DNA of 64,000 nucleotides, taken from the NCBI RefSeq assembly GCF_009914755.1, contig NC_060927.1; one strand, 5' to 3'. How positions within the stretch are numbered: the stretch's first letter is position 1; each line of letters opens with the position of its first letter. The stretch is from the human T2T-CHM13v2.0 reference genome, Homo sapiens. Position numbers and translations under genes: made by a program. This document shows positions 26,991 through 43,700 of the stretch, piece after piece. The notes under the pieces are model-generated. The model saw only the letters and a program-made list of their open reading frames with translations, was not told the origin of the DNA and searched no databases.

Positions 26991-27192
26991 CAGGGTTTGG
27001 CAAACTGTAGTTCATAAGCTTGCCATCTGTTTTTTAAAATAAGCTACTACAGCAATTTATTTATTTATATATTTCCTATGGCTGCTTTTGTGCTACAATG
27101 TCAGAATTAAGTCGTTGCAAAAGAGAGTATAAGGACCAGAAGCCTGAAATATTTACTATCGTGCCCTTACAAAAGAAGTTTGCCCACTCCTG
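26991..27192 (+). mobile_element. MER58A-like hAT-Charlie MITE
   Basis: TIRs cagggtttggcaaact / agtttgcccactcctg; internal 'tatggctgctttt..ctacaa', 'aaatatttactatc'. Confidence 0.85.
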
Positions 27193-27687
27193 ACTTAAAA
27201 CATAGGTGAAAACATATTTATGTGAAAATTTTAAGGACCCTCTCTTAGTACAGGAAACACAAACTATAAACCATCTTTTGAGATTAATTTGCTGATAATT
27301 CCTTATTAATATCTAATGAATATATGTTTTCTTTATGAGAAGCATTATATTTTTATCTGTCTTATAAGCAAAACATATTAAAAACTTTTTTCAGATATAA
27401 GCAAACTAATATAAAATGACAGTAATTAAGTGGTGGATTAGTTTCATGAAATTCATATATACTGGCTGTTGCTTAAGAAAGAAAAAATATGTTTAAAAAA
27501 TTGACAAGAAGGCGAGAAATATACTAACACTTGGTATTTTGTCTATTTTCAGGGGTAATGCACCTTAAATACTAAAATGTTATTTTGTAATAAGGTAAAT
27601 ATATAATTTATATTGATAATAAAAATGTTTTCTTAAAAGCATGAGAAAAAGCTAATGACCATTAGTGATCCTATCATTAGAAAATAA

Positions 27688-27981
<294 letters not shown>

Positions 27982-28574
27982 GGAAGAATTGTTTAAAACA
28001 AATGAAAGTTAGCAGACATAAGATACTTATAAATCAGAGTTCAAAAGGCATAATTAGAGTTTCAGGTAATAAATTCAATTATCACTTAAAGATCCTCAAG
28101 AATATTAAAACTATTAACAAATTTGACGGAGAAATCTTATGAATATATTACTTTTGATTATAGATTAAATCAATATGCCATTTTACAAGAATAAAAATAA
28201 AATTTTCTGAAACTATTCAGAGGTAACACAGAAAATAACAATTGAAAACGCTCACGTTTGGATCATTACATCAGGAAAAGATTTGAGAAAATATATAAAC
28301 TCAGATCTATGCCTGACAGGTTCAATAGCAAAAACTTTATTACATCCACATGCAAATAGATTCTAGAACAAAGAATTTTGTACTGGAAACCCAATCTCTT
28401 CATTAAAACAGTGAATGGAAACTGATAAATGGAGACCCTATGGCAAGTGGCCAAAAGTCAATGAAAAAAAACTCTTAAGATTATAACAATGACTGATTGT
28501 GTATACATTTCTTTACTACTTGCTATATACAAGTCATATTTAAAGGATTTTCTATATGTCGAATGAAGACCATA

Positions 28575-28963
<389 letters not shown>

Positions 28964-29133
28964 TTGTCAAGCTTCACGTTTTGGCAATGTCTCTATTTGC
29001 CTAGACCCACATTGGGGTCCTAGAAACTGGTCCTCAACTACTGCCCTACACCTAAATCCAAATTTTGAAGTGATAAATATTTAATTTTGCAAAATTTTGG
29101 AATGTACAAGCCACCCTTATTTCTTATATGAAC

Positions 29134-29702
29134 TGCAATTTTGGGAGTCCCCAAGAGCACTGTCCAGTGTAATAATTCACTAAGACTCACAGAACTCACT
29201 GAAAGCCATTGTAAACACAGTGACTATTTAAAATATACCATTAAAATCAGCCACAAACAGAGATGAATGGGGAAGAGTGCAGGAGGTTTCCAAATATGAA
29301 GCTCCCAGTAGTACTCTTCCAGTGACGTCATGGACAACACCAACTGCTCTCAGCAATGACGTGTAGCAATATGCACGGAACATGGCCAACACAGGAAGCT
29401 CACCTAAGCCTTCTTTTTTCCAGGGTTTTTTAAAATTAGGATTTGGTCTTGTAGAAATGGCTCACTACCCATGCAGCTGACCTTAGCCTCCAGCCCCTCC
29501 AGAGGTTAAGCTGATACCTTGCGGCTCAAAGGTTCCACTATAAATTATTGTTAGCATAGACTATTAGACATGACCCAATCCCCACAGGAAAACAAAGCCA
29601 CTCTTATCAGGCAGGATATTCAAAGGACTTAAAGATTAACTCTCAGAAAAGAGGAGCAAAAGCCAGACGTCTCTTTTGGTGAGGTTAAAATTTTTTCCTA
29701 CA
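29134..29702 (-). mobile_element. MER77/MER68/MER21-group solo LTR
   Basis: 'gggagtccccaaga', 'gactcacagaactcactgaaagc', 'ggaagctcacctaagcc', 'cttatcaggcaggatatt'; ends 'ggttaaaattttttcctaca'. Confidence 0.75.
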
Positions 29703-31339
29703 GTAGTCCACAGATACTATGCATCTGTACTGGGCTTTAATTGATCGCATAATCATGTTAGGTAAACAGGAAAATACCTTTTCAGATTTTCTTAAATTAA
29801 ATCTTAGTAATGCTAATGATAAATGCACAAAAATCGTATGTAGTTTCGCATTCCATCTTAACCAAATATGCCACCTTTTGAGTGTGGCAAAATTAAATTC
29901 TTTTCAAATTATTGTTATATGACTTCAAAAATGTCCTGCACAGTTTGCTGTGCCTAAATTATGAAAACTATCTCTGGAAAGAAAAATATACACCCGAAAT
30001 GATTATTACAATTTGTTTTCCTCTCACTTTGTTTCCAAATGACTTGTAAGAAAGATATAACTTAACAATACAATAACAAGTAAGTATGCTGCAATTTCAT
30101 GTCTTGGGAATCTACTATTTTTCTTAATTATGAATACAACTCTTATTAACAATATATTTGGAAGAGCTGCAGAGGACACATACAAATGCATCTGTATTGG
30201 GCTTTAATTGATTGCATAATTTATTTGATCCCTTACTTTGCAGTCACTACAAAGTAAAAGAATGACAAAGTAGGGTAAGTGTAGTGCAGAGTAGAAAAGC
30301 TGTCTTGGCACAATTGTCACTGTCTCATAGAATTATTTTTCCCTGACTTTACAAGTGAAAATTGAAACATGAGTATACCTTTAACTAAGCTTAGTATGCC
30401 AGGATAAACATGGTAAACTATGTACTGGTGAACAAATATGTCTATTTGTATTATTATATGAATGTCTTTAAATCAAATATCTTTCTTGTTTTAAATACTG
30501 TGCAGAGTGTGGTAATGCGAAATTTCCTTTCAATATCTGTAGTATAGCTCTTAGGAAATGGTAGCTGGTAACGTTCTGACTTCCAGCCTTAATAACTACT
30601 TTTATTGAAAATAAAATGCATCATTTCGACATTCATTTTCAATTTCATCTGCCAAATGGAATGTTATCATTTATAAGATCAATAGAATGATCTGATCAAA
30701 CACAAATTCGATGATATTCTCTTTCTTTCACGCTAAAATTTAAACCTACAATAGCACATAATACATAATTCAAAGGTATTCGATTTTTGCAGCATTTTCT
30801 ACAGTACACAAGAAAATTCTTTTTGAAAGCCACTAAAATCCAACTAATTGGATATTTTATTTAATCCTACCTGCATTAAGGTTATATTTATCATGTTATT
30901 GAACAACTTTCTCATTTTGTGTTAACAAATTCACAGTAAAGAACTCATACTTTATTGATATTAACTATTTTGTTCACTGAACCTCTATTGAAAATATATT
31001 TATTTTTCAGAGATGTCTCATATAGATAATTTCAGAGAACCAAATATTACGTAGAGGTCTTTGTCTACACATGTGTAATATTTGGATGCCTTAGCCAATA
31101 TCAAAATCATGTACAAACACTAATTTTAGAATAAAATTAAGGTATATGTTTTCAACTTTTAAATTATGATAAACCTAATATTATATTATTTTATTATAAC
31201 ATGGCATTATATATTATTCATTCACATTCTTATATTTATTAGTGTATATATTCTCCAGTAGTAATTTATGTTTGTTGATTTGTTGTCTATTGTAATATTA
31301 AAATAAGAAAACCTTTTATCTTTACAGCTGAATTATTGT

Positions 31340-31520
31340 TTTTAATTTTTTTATTGTGGTAAAATACATATAACATAAATTTTCCATTTTAAACATTGTA
31401 AGCATACAATCCAGTGGCATTGATTACATTTACAATGTCATATATCCATTGCTTGTATTTTCCAAAATTATACCTCATCCAAAACAGAGATTCTCTACCC
31501 GCAAACAGTGTCTCCTCATG
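31340..31520 (-). mobile_element. L1MB-like 3' end fragment
   Basis: 'tttattgtggtaaaatacatataacataaatttt..ccagtggcatt..acatttacaatg'. Confidence 0.75.
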
Positions 31521-33351
31521 TCTTTGTACGATTACGTTTTATTTTAAGGATTTGTTTATAACTCAATTTTGTTTAATGGTTAATTACTGTATGCATAAAT
31601 AAGAAAACTTTTAGCTAAACTGTGAGCCTGCAATTTCTGATTATTAAACTATAAAAATATATTTTACAAACTGTTGAAAATATATCTCAAACACACTGTG
31701 GTATTGTGGGCAGGGAAGGGGAAGGATATCTTCAGCTCCTGGTAAAAATTGATCACACAAATGGCATTGAAGAAATATATTTTGAATTAAATTCATTTAG
31801 ATATATGCTATAAGACTGCAATAAACAGATATCCAAGAACTTTCTCAGGCTTCTAGAAAGTGTTAAACATTTCTCGTGATAACTATTCCAATAAGCATCC
31901 AATAATAGAATCAAAGACTTTGTCACCACCTATTAGTTTTCTTTCCTTTTTACAACACTCATTCTGCCCACACTTATCAAAGAACAACTATCAGATATGC
32001 ATATCTGGCAGTACTTTCTTAAGCTCTCTACTTTTAACTTAGTGAATCCAAAATACAGGCCAAAGCTACATACGAACCGCACATTGATGCTGCTAATTGT
32101 GTCTTGCCACAAATATCAGAAAAGTGCTTAGTTCTAAAACCATGAGAAGAAAATGGATTTAATCAGAGACAACATGTTTGCTCCCTGAAAGATTTTTATT
32201 TTTATTTTTTCGATGAAGAAGAAACAAATGTATTTGTTTATAACAAACTCTATACAGGCAAAATTGGGCCAACTTCAATACCATGGAATACCCTTGTTCT
32301 CAATAAATAATCACTGGCTAACACAGCAGGAGAAAATACTTTATTTTCTAATTCCTAAGTCTAATTTATATTCATCTTAAAATATATTAATTTATTTGTA
32401 CTATAGTTTTCTACAAATATGGCTACTCAATATAGTTAAACAGATAGAAGTATTTTTGTTTTTCCAGAAGACCAATAGAATTCTAGTTTGTTCTAATGTT
32501 TATTTAAAAATGTTTTCATGCCACATTCCATACATTAATCTTTTAAAAAGTACAAAGATTTATGTTTGAAGTGTACAACCAATAATCCTTCATTTTCTTT
32601 CATAAATGTAAGAACTTTAATGAAATTACCTACATCTGATATACTTTGATTTGATTTTTTAAAATTATAATTTAATTTAAAATCACATTATAGTCTAGTA
32701 CTCAGCAGAATCCTCCTACCTGTCTCTGTGCTTTGACATATAGAAAAATGCTCTATATTATAACTCAAATCAATGTGCCTGTATCTGAGCCCATTTGTCC
32801 TCCAAACCAAATTTGATAGTGCTTGTGTTTCTTCCCTCAGCCTGTCGAAAGGAGCGATTATTTGCAGCAACTACCCCATTGCCTAACACGGAAGCTTATG
32901 TTTCATGATTCACTGACCCATTTCCTTTTTTCACTGCAATACCTAACAAACCACATGCGGATTCTATCTTCTAAAATGCCCTATTTTTCTCCTAGCACTT
33001 GCCACTAATTTGGTCATGTCATTAATTTCTCTTTGAACTGCTGCAAGTTATCACTGTTTTCTTCATTTCCCAAACTTTAGAAAAATCATGTGATTGCCCT
33101 TCCTTAATAAATATTTAAATTAATATTTAGCCATGTCATTGTTATCAAAGTACCATGTGTCTCTTATTTTTTCCATAGACATATTATTTAATCTAAAATT
33201 TATTACAAAGCACTGTGATTACATATTTCTTTTCTTTGTTTAAGTGTTTAAGGACACTATGCCTTAAAATAGATCACCTTTTTAAGACAAATGGCTTCTA
33301 AAGTATCCTGGATATTTTTCTGTGCCTGGAAATGAAAAAATAGCTTTGGTG

Positions 33352-33848
<497 letters not shown>

Positions 33849-33879
33849 GGTAAAGAAAAAGAAAATGTGTACTTCTATC

Positions 33880-34082
33880 TTTACCACTTACCAGCCTACC
33901 AGAGGGGTAATATTGACCAAGTAACTAGACTACTCTGTACCTCAACTTTCTCATTTGTAAAATGGATATAATAATGAAATATATCAGGCAGGGTTGTTGT
34001 GAAGATTACATAATTTAATATGTTAAAGCACACAGAATAGTGCAGAACGCTCATAAGCACTTTGTAAATTTTAACCATTATT
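33880..34082 (+). mobile_element. MIR SINE
   Basis: Core 'ctctgtacctcaactttctcatttgtaaaatgg..gggttgttgtgaagatta'. Confidence 0.8.
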
Positions 34083-35635
34083 TCATAAGTAGCTTATGAA
34101 GACAAGGAATATTTCTTAATTATTATTTTTATTTCTAACTGGGGCAGTAATTCTCGTAGGGCTTATGCTCCATTAATGTATTAGTTAACAGATACATCCT
34201 CAACTAAGTTAATTAATGTTTTAATAAATTCAAGGAAAGTGATTATTAAATAAAACAATAGATGTTACTCTCCCACCCAAAAAGTTGGAGAATATGATAT
34301 AATTCTAAAATGCAGAATTATTATCCAAAAAATTGTATAGTCTTAATGTGAGTAATGATTATATGCTATAAATATATTAAATAGAATGTTTTTATCTTCT
34401 ATTAATTCCATAATATTGTTTAGAAATTATACATAAGCACTTTAATTTCTATTATTTTTATATTTGGTTGCATTTTTACTCGAGATAACCAAGCTACCAT
34501 GCTATTTTGTATCCACAGGCATTATGTTTCCAGGCATACAGATTTCTATCAATTAACATTAAAATAATAATTAGTATGGAATTCTTTCTCATTCTTTATT
34601 TTAGAAAGCATAATCCTATATTACTCTGAGATCATTATGGGCCTTACACATAATTAAGCTACATATATTCATGGTACAATTTCAGCACTGCTCACAATGT
34701 CCTTCTACAAGTCAGAACCCCACTATGAAATTATAAGGCAAATGTGGCCTAATGCGTGAGAAGTGCAATATTATATTATTAGTCTTTGTAAATTTATTTT
34801 ATTAGACTCTTCTCAAAACACTACCTTGAAGCATTTTCTCTAAATGAATGGCAGTTTTTATTATAGAAAAATGAACAAGAAGTAGATATTTTGGAATATG
34901 AGGCAGTCTCTTGAAAAGTCTAGATCTAAACAATAAAGTTTCAGGCAGCCAAATAGCAGCAGGGGATCCCTGGAAATTTTACACAGTAAAATTTAACAAT
35001 TTCTAGTTACAGACTTATTTACCTTTTTCATGAGAGTGATTGATAAATAAGACATAAGAAGTAATCTTGTGCAAGCCTTCTCTTTGCCATCCCAATACTG
35101 TGCTTGGCTAATCTCTGTTCACCTATAAGATGTCACCCTGGGGAAGCTGTCATCCTGGATTCTCTGTCCTACTCTGTGGTACACTGCTTAGTTGGGGTAA
35201 AACAATCTTACATTCTCTGATAAGATTCTAAATATACTTTCCATAGAGACCAGGCCAAGAACTATAATTAGCAATAACCAAAAGGTTGCAATCATTACTA
35301 TTCTTCTATTATATCAGGGTAAATAGTATTTTTGAACTAGCCTCGACCACTAATCTCCACTGATAATATCCTTTCTTAGAATAAGAAAATCTGCATTCCA
35401 AAGTGCTAAATTTCTTCACCTGAAACTTTTAGAACATACTAGAAATGTACATTGTGGATATTCCCAAAATTATATCCAACAATTAAAACTCTGTATCATG
35501 ATTCTGGCCACGATGCAATGAACTGTTTATTAGCTCCTACTGCACTGAATTCAGTGGCTGAAAAAAATTACTGAGCCTGAGTGTTTATAGCTATTTTTAA
35601 TGTCTTATTAGTCCTTATTCTTTTAGAAATACAAA

Positions 35636-35933
35636 GACCAGGCCCAGTGACTCACATCAGTAATCCCAGCACTTTGGGAAGCTGAGGCAGGAAAATCACT
35701 CGAGCCTAGGAGTTTGAGACGAGACACGCAACATATTATGGCCTCATCTCTACAAACACTAAAAAATTAGCTAGGCGTGGTGGTTCATATGTGTATTCTC
35801 AGCTGTTAGGGAGGCTGAGGCTGGAGGGTTATTTGAGTCCAGGAGTTGGAAGCTGCAGTGAGCCATAACCATGCCACTGTACTCCAGCCTGGGCAACAAA
35901 GTAAAACTGTCTCTCCAAAAAAAGAGAAGAAAT
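35636..35933 (+). mobile_element. AluJ SINE
   Basis: 'ttgagtccaggagttggaagctgcagtgagccat'; probable TSD a(g/a)aaataca at 35625 and ~36081. Confidence 0.9.
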
Positions 35934-36078
35934 AAAAAAGAGAAAGAAGAAAAAAGAAAAAGGGAGGAAGGGAGGGAGGGAGGGAAGGAAGGAAGGAAGG
36001 AAGAAAGGAAGGAAGGAAGAAAGGAAGGAAGGAAGGAAGAAAGGAAGGAAGGAAGGAAAGGAGGGAGGGAGGGAAAAA
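35934..36078. repeat. Pure-purine tract with compound (GGAA)n microsatellite
   Basis: 145 nt without a pyrimidine; GGAA blocks of 5, 3, 4 and 4 separated by GAAA. Confidence 0.93.
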
Positions 36079-38014
36079 TTAAAAATACAGAAAAAGTGAA
36101 ATACATAAAATTTATTTGTATGAGTATTGGCTAAATTCTTGAAAAAGGGGAATTTAAAATATTAAAACAGATTAGATTTTTAAAAATTATGGCTAGATTT
36201 AATTTACCAAGAATATCATTGCCAACAAATAACATACATTATTTAATTCTAAATACTGGGTGGTGGTGAGAAGGCAATTAATCAATACATAAATCAATAA
36301 TGAATGAAGAAAATAGTATTTTAGTGTTCAGCAAATATATCATGTAAAACTTAAAAGCACTATTACAACAATTTGGCAGGAAAATTCACTTATTAAAGAC
36401 ATTCACTAAAGTTCTTCCCTTCATCTAAGAATCACGCTGCAATCACTTTACCATGGCTGGTTTTGAACTTTCATTAACTGTGAAAAAAAGCAGCATATAG
36501 GGATTATTGGTCAGAGCTTTTCACAGTTATTTCCACATCACGAACTTCTCATCAATCAAGAAATTGCCATCTTTTCCATAGAGTATATTGAAGTTCATAT
36601 TGTCTAAATGTCAGTGAGAAAAAGACTTAATTCTCCTTGTGATGACGATCATGTACTTTCACTCTTGCTCCATAATTTTCAGCCTTTATGGCACTTTCAT
36701 TCTGGAAACGTGTGCACACATGAAGCAGCAGGAGAGGACTGAAATGGCAGAGGCTTTCTTATAATCCAGAGATATGAGAATCCCCAATGTGCTGTGAGCA
36801 GTATCTGAATGAAACAAACTCCAGCAATTAATTCATGGGATAATTTTAAAAGTTGTCTTGGATTGTCCTGATAGTTTCTATGTAAATAATTCAACTTTGG
36901 AAGTTAAGAACATTTCTAAGCATCTCTGTATTCAAAAGATGATTGTATTATCTGTAGTATATTTCTTGCTTTATGAGTTTTTACTAATAATAAACCCAAA
37001 TATCCTTGTCATTTAACCAATATGTTATATCTCTGAGACTTTTATACTAATTCTAGAATAATGGAAACTATGTTTGTATTTTGTCATTGAATTTCCTTGG
37101 GCTCATTGATTTTTTTAAGTAAAATGCAAGGATTTTTATGTATTTTGTATCCTGCATCTACTCTTTAAAAATTGAAGTATTCATGTATATATCCTTTTTG
37201 TAATATATCACAGGAAACTTTATGCCATCCAATAATTTTCAGAAAGATTTATTTGGCTAATTACCTAATTACTATAAATCCTACTTTAAAAATTTCACAG
37301 GCCTGTGCAAATCCATACTGATAACTTTATTAAAAATAAAGCCTGTACATGAATGTATGTATGTATATATAAATATACTTGCACGTACTTAAAATTTAGA
37401 ACTTAATCTATTTTAGGAGCTAATCCATAATTTAATACATTTATATGCATATGGAAAGTAGGAGAAGGTGTTTCTTCATGATATTTAGTGCAAGAGCACA
37501 ATGTGTTGTGTTTGTTTAGCACCTGCTGTGCCGCCACATGCCAATTCACACTCTCCTCATCACCCTCACTTGTACAAACAGCAAAAAGAAGGGACATTGA
37601 GTAGGATGATTTTATTTGGAATGAATATATCTCCTTATGTTAAAGTATGTAACAGCACTTTAGGTCACTTACAAACTCTGCTCATTTTCAAGGTCTAGTT
37701 CATCTCTCACTTTTTTTTTTAATGGAGAATTCCCAGATACTGATAATCCCCACCGAAGTTTCCTTTCATAGAAGTGTAATGCTTTTAAGAATTAGTAAGT
37801 TCCCCAAATGTGTCCTTCCTTAATTGACCTTCAGCATCTTCTTTGATTGTTTAGTTCTAAAATCTTGACTGTTTTGTGTGGCTCCATATCCCCATATCTG
37901 TTCTTTTTACCTGATATTTCGAAGATGGTATTCAAGCAATTTTTAGTATTTCATATGTATATGGAAAGGGACAATGACTGAGTGGAATATTTCCAGATAA
38001 GGAGATCTGGCTGT

Positions 38015-38170
38015 AGAAAAACATGAAGAAGATTTGAGAAACTTATCATATTTAATTGAAAAAAGATTTAGAGGGTAATTTGATCACTGCACTGATGCCA
38101 TTCAAAATGTTCTTCATAGATAAGAGGGTACATATATTCTGTGTTGCTTCAGAGAGTCATACATGAATAA
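38015..38170 (+). mobile_element. Possible L3/CR1 3' fragment
   Basis: 'gaaaaaagatttagagggtaatttgatcactg..catagataagaggg..ttctgtgttgcttcagag'. Confidence 0.45.
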
Positions 38171-38699
38171 TTGAAATCAATATACAATTACATTTTTGAG
38201 GAAGGAGAATGTAGCCTATTATCTAAGTACCAATTAGATCAGTGGATAGCTTTGAAATTGAACAGAGAATAAATAAGGAAACATATCAGGAAGGCATAAG
38301 GACCAGAGGCATGAGAAACGATATTCATTAGTCAATTAAGGAGTCAATTTATTAATATTCCAGAAATCAAGGGCCAATAACACAAAGATGTATTACTTTT
38401 CTCCTCCCTCCAATTACTACTGTGCTGTTCTCAGCCAAGCTGAGTATCTTCCCTACAGGTCTCCTGTCTGAATGAGACTTAGGAGCCCAGTGGAGAACAA
38501 TGGGAAATCTACTGAGTTCTGTCATTAACAAGGCAAATGGTCCCTCAGTTGCTTCCCTTGTTCACTGTGGCTGAAAAACCAAGTTTACATGTTAAGTCAT
38601 AGTTGCTGGATTTTTACAATTTATTTCTTAACTCCACAGGGAATGTAATAGTCAGTGTTCCTGAAAACACCTGTTTTAAGGTAAAACTCTAAATGGCTA

Positions 38700-39400
38700 A
38701 TTTAGAAGAAATAATAAAATATGCTAAATATAAAAACACAGTGATAGAAAGGAAGGAAGAATCAATATTTGAGAGAGAATCAGGAACATTTGAATTATGG
38801 TTGAATATAGGAGAAAGTAAAAGGAAGTTGTAAATTTTGTTCTTTCACATTTATTCTTCAATACAGGCTATATTACAGGAGAAAAATATTTGGTGAGATG
38901 ATAAACTGAGTATGGAATATATTCAATTTTACATGTCTGTGGGAACTTTGGTTAGGAGATAGAACAAGTAGCTGTGTATATAGATCATGATATGAATAGG
39001 AAGTTCTAGACTTTTAATCAACAATAATTGGAGAGTGAGTACAGAGGAGATTGTACATATGAATAATTGGTATGAATGAGATAATTCAGAATAATTATAC
39101 TGAAGGAGAAGGAAAAACTACTGAGAATATTTGCTTTTAACATTAGACATTTAAACTTTTGGCAGAGAAAGAGAATCAGTCATGCAAGAATAAAAATAAT
39201 GATTAAAGAAAGCAACAAACAAGTCAATTGTCTAAGTATTACAATTTAGAGATATTTCAAGAAGGAGAAAATGAAGAAAACTATTTAACAATTGAGAGAT
39301 AGTAAATAAGATGAAATGTGAAAAATGACTCCCAGGTTTTAGCAATGAAGATATCATTATTGCTTTGTTTGAACTATAATCCTGTGGAAAAGACAATTTA
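38700..39400 (-). mobile_element. Decayed L2
   Basis: Purine-rich antisense L2-like motifs. Confidence 0.5.
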
Positions 39401-39444
39401 TTAATGGGTATGGCTTTTAATCATTGTTCTATGCACATGTTTAT

Positions 39445-40165
39445 TTTTATTTATATATTTTTAAAATTTTTATTTTAGGTTTGGGGGTACATGTGAAGAT
39501 TTGTTACATAAATAAACATGTGTCACAGGAGTTTGTTACCAGTTACATAATATTACATCACCCAGGTATTAATCTCACTACTCCATAATTATCTTTTCCA
39601 CTCCTCTCCCTCTCCCCAACCTGCCTCCTGAAATAAACCCCAGTGTCTATTATTTCCTTCCTTGTCATTCAGCATCTACTTATAAGTAAGAACTTGTGGT
39701 ATTTGGTTTTCTGTTGCTGTGCTAATTTGCGATATGGGTTGGCTGTGTCCCCACTCAAATCTCATATTGAATTGTAACTCCCATAATCCCCACATGTCAT
39801 GGGAGGAACCCAGTGGAAGGTAATTGAATTATGGGAGTGAGTTTTCCCCATCCTGCTCCCGTGATAGTGAATTAGTCTCACAATATCTGATGGTTTTATA
39901 AAGATGAGTTCACTTGCCTGCTGCCATGTAAGATGTGCCATTGCTCCTCCTTCACTTTTTAACATGACTGTGAGGCCTCCTCAGCCATGTGGAACTGTGA
40001 GTCCATTAAACCTCTTTTTCTTTATAAATTACCCAGTCTCATGTATTTCTTCATATCAGTATGAAAATGTACTAATACAGTGTGCTAAGGATGATAGCCT
40101 CCAACTCCATCCATGTTCCCACAAAAGACATGTCTTGTTCTATTTTATGTCTGTGTAATATTCAG
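39445..40165 (-). mobile_element. Old L1PA/L1PB 3' end, split by a THE1 LTR
   Basis: 'ggggtacatgtgaagatttgttacata', 'gtatttggttttctg..gctaatttg[LTR]ctaaggatgatagcctccaactccatccatgtt'. Confidence 0.85.
39730..40079 (+). mobile_element. THE1 (B-D type) solo LTR
   Basis: gatatgggttggctgtgtccccac...actaataca; decayed 5-bp TSD atttg/gtgtg. Confidence 0.92.
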
Positions 40166-40905
40166 AATTACTTATTGTGTATCATAAATGCCTTACCTAA
40201 CTTTTGTTTAGAAACTATAGTTAATTTTTACATATATAACTATTCGTAAGTAATGTTTTTAAAGAGAGAATATTAATAAGAATGAGGAATACCTCTGTTA
40301 TTTTTTAGCTCAATATTATAGTGTTTTAAATTTTCCACTATTAGAAATAATACTACAATGTACAAGTCTACATATAAATTCTTCTGTATGTCCTATATCT
40401 TGATAATAATGTTCCAGAACTGGATTAAGAGAATAAACAAAATTTTGAATTAGCAGTATAAATTATATAACACAACAAGGGCCCCAATGATATTTTGCTA
40501 AAATAATTTTCTAGTATCCAATACTGATTTATAGTTCTGTCAATGAATTAATGGCATTCTTATTAGCATTGATAATTTTTTAAAACATTATATCTTAATA
40601 GTTTATAGAATATGAAGAGATATAATAAAGACAAAACAGAATATTTGAAATAAAGGCAAAAATTAATCACAATAATGTGTTAATCTACAAAGGTAAAAAA
40701 AAGACAGAGATTTGGGAGGGGAATGGGAAATTAACAACTGCTAGTTGCATAACAATAATAAAATTATGACCTAGTCATAAATTTTAAATAAAATTTAAAA
40801 ATATATTATAATGTAAATGGAAGAATAATAAATTGATGAATTTAAATTCTTTTCTAAAAATTCTCTTCTAAACTTCCCAATTTTCAAATATATTACAGTG
40901 TATTA

Positions 40906-41000
40906 AATTAAAGTTCATTAATCCACAAAATACAGAAAGCTAGAAAACAAAGAACAATTAAAGTTCATTAGTCCATAAAATACAGAAAGCTAGAAAACAA
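40906..41000. repeat. 45-bp tandem duplication (period 50)
   Basis: aattaaagttcatta(a/g)tcca(c/t)aaaatacagaaagctagaaaacaa twice. Confidence 0.93.
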
Positions 41001-41221
41001 TATTTTCCATAAGATAAACAGATTCATGATGACTGAGAAGGAGAAAGTACTTCAAACTTGGATTGCTGAACGTTTTATAAAAAAGGTAAATCTTGACAAG
41101 ACTTTCAAAATTTCATACAACTTTTTTACTTAAAAACATTAAAGATTGAGAATCTTTCATTTTGTTTCAAAACTATGAATTTTAGTATACCAATAGGATA
41201 GCTCAAATGTTTACTTTAGAG

Positions 41222-41500
41222 AGGCATGTGAATGTAGATGTTAGTAGCACAGATTCTGAAGTGACACTCCCTCTCTTCATATCTAGCTCAGCTAACCTCT
41301 AGCTCTGTGACCTTAGACAAGTTATTGAAGTCATCTTTTATTTTGCTTTCTCTTGCATAAATTGGAGAATATAATTGTATCTGCCTCTGAATTTTTATGA
41401 GGATTAAAACTTTAACATGCACAAATGGTTCAGAATGATGCCTGACACATGTTATCTGTTATATATAGTCTGCCATTATTATTATTATTACTGTCATCAT
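41222..41500 (+). mobile_element. MIR SINE
   Basis: 'tagctctgtgaccttagacaagtta', 'tgaggattaaa', 'agaatgatgcctgacaca', (tta)n tail. Confidence 0.8.
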
Positions 41501-41626
41501 TATTACTGCAAATAAATCTTAGTGAAAATAAAATTTAAAACATATTATAATGTAAATGGAAGAATAATAAATTGATGAATTTAAATTCTCTTCTAAAGGT
41601 AAAGGGGAGGCATTTGAATATTTTCA

Positions 41627-43700
<2,074 letters not shown>

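Larger units (their letters stand above)
40786..41597. repeat. ~72-bp direct repeats (40786-40858 and 41526-41597) flanking ~670 bp
   Basis: aaataaaatttaaaa..atattataatgtaaatggaagaataataaattgatgaatttaaattct.ttctaaa occurs twice. Confidence 0.92.

Noticed and set aside
35771-36134. Charged and hydrophobic ORFs on both strands
   Set aside because: Translation of an Alu arm plus the GGAA tract.
39818-39835. DUX4 site in THE1 LTRs
   Set aside because: All three THE1 LTRs deviate from TAATTGAATCA (taattgaatta, taatgaatca, aaattgaatcc).
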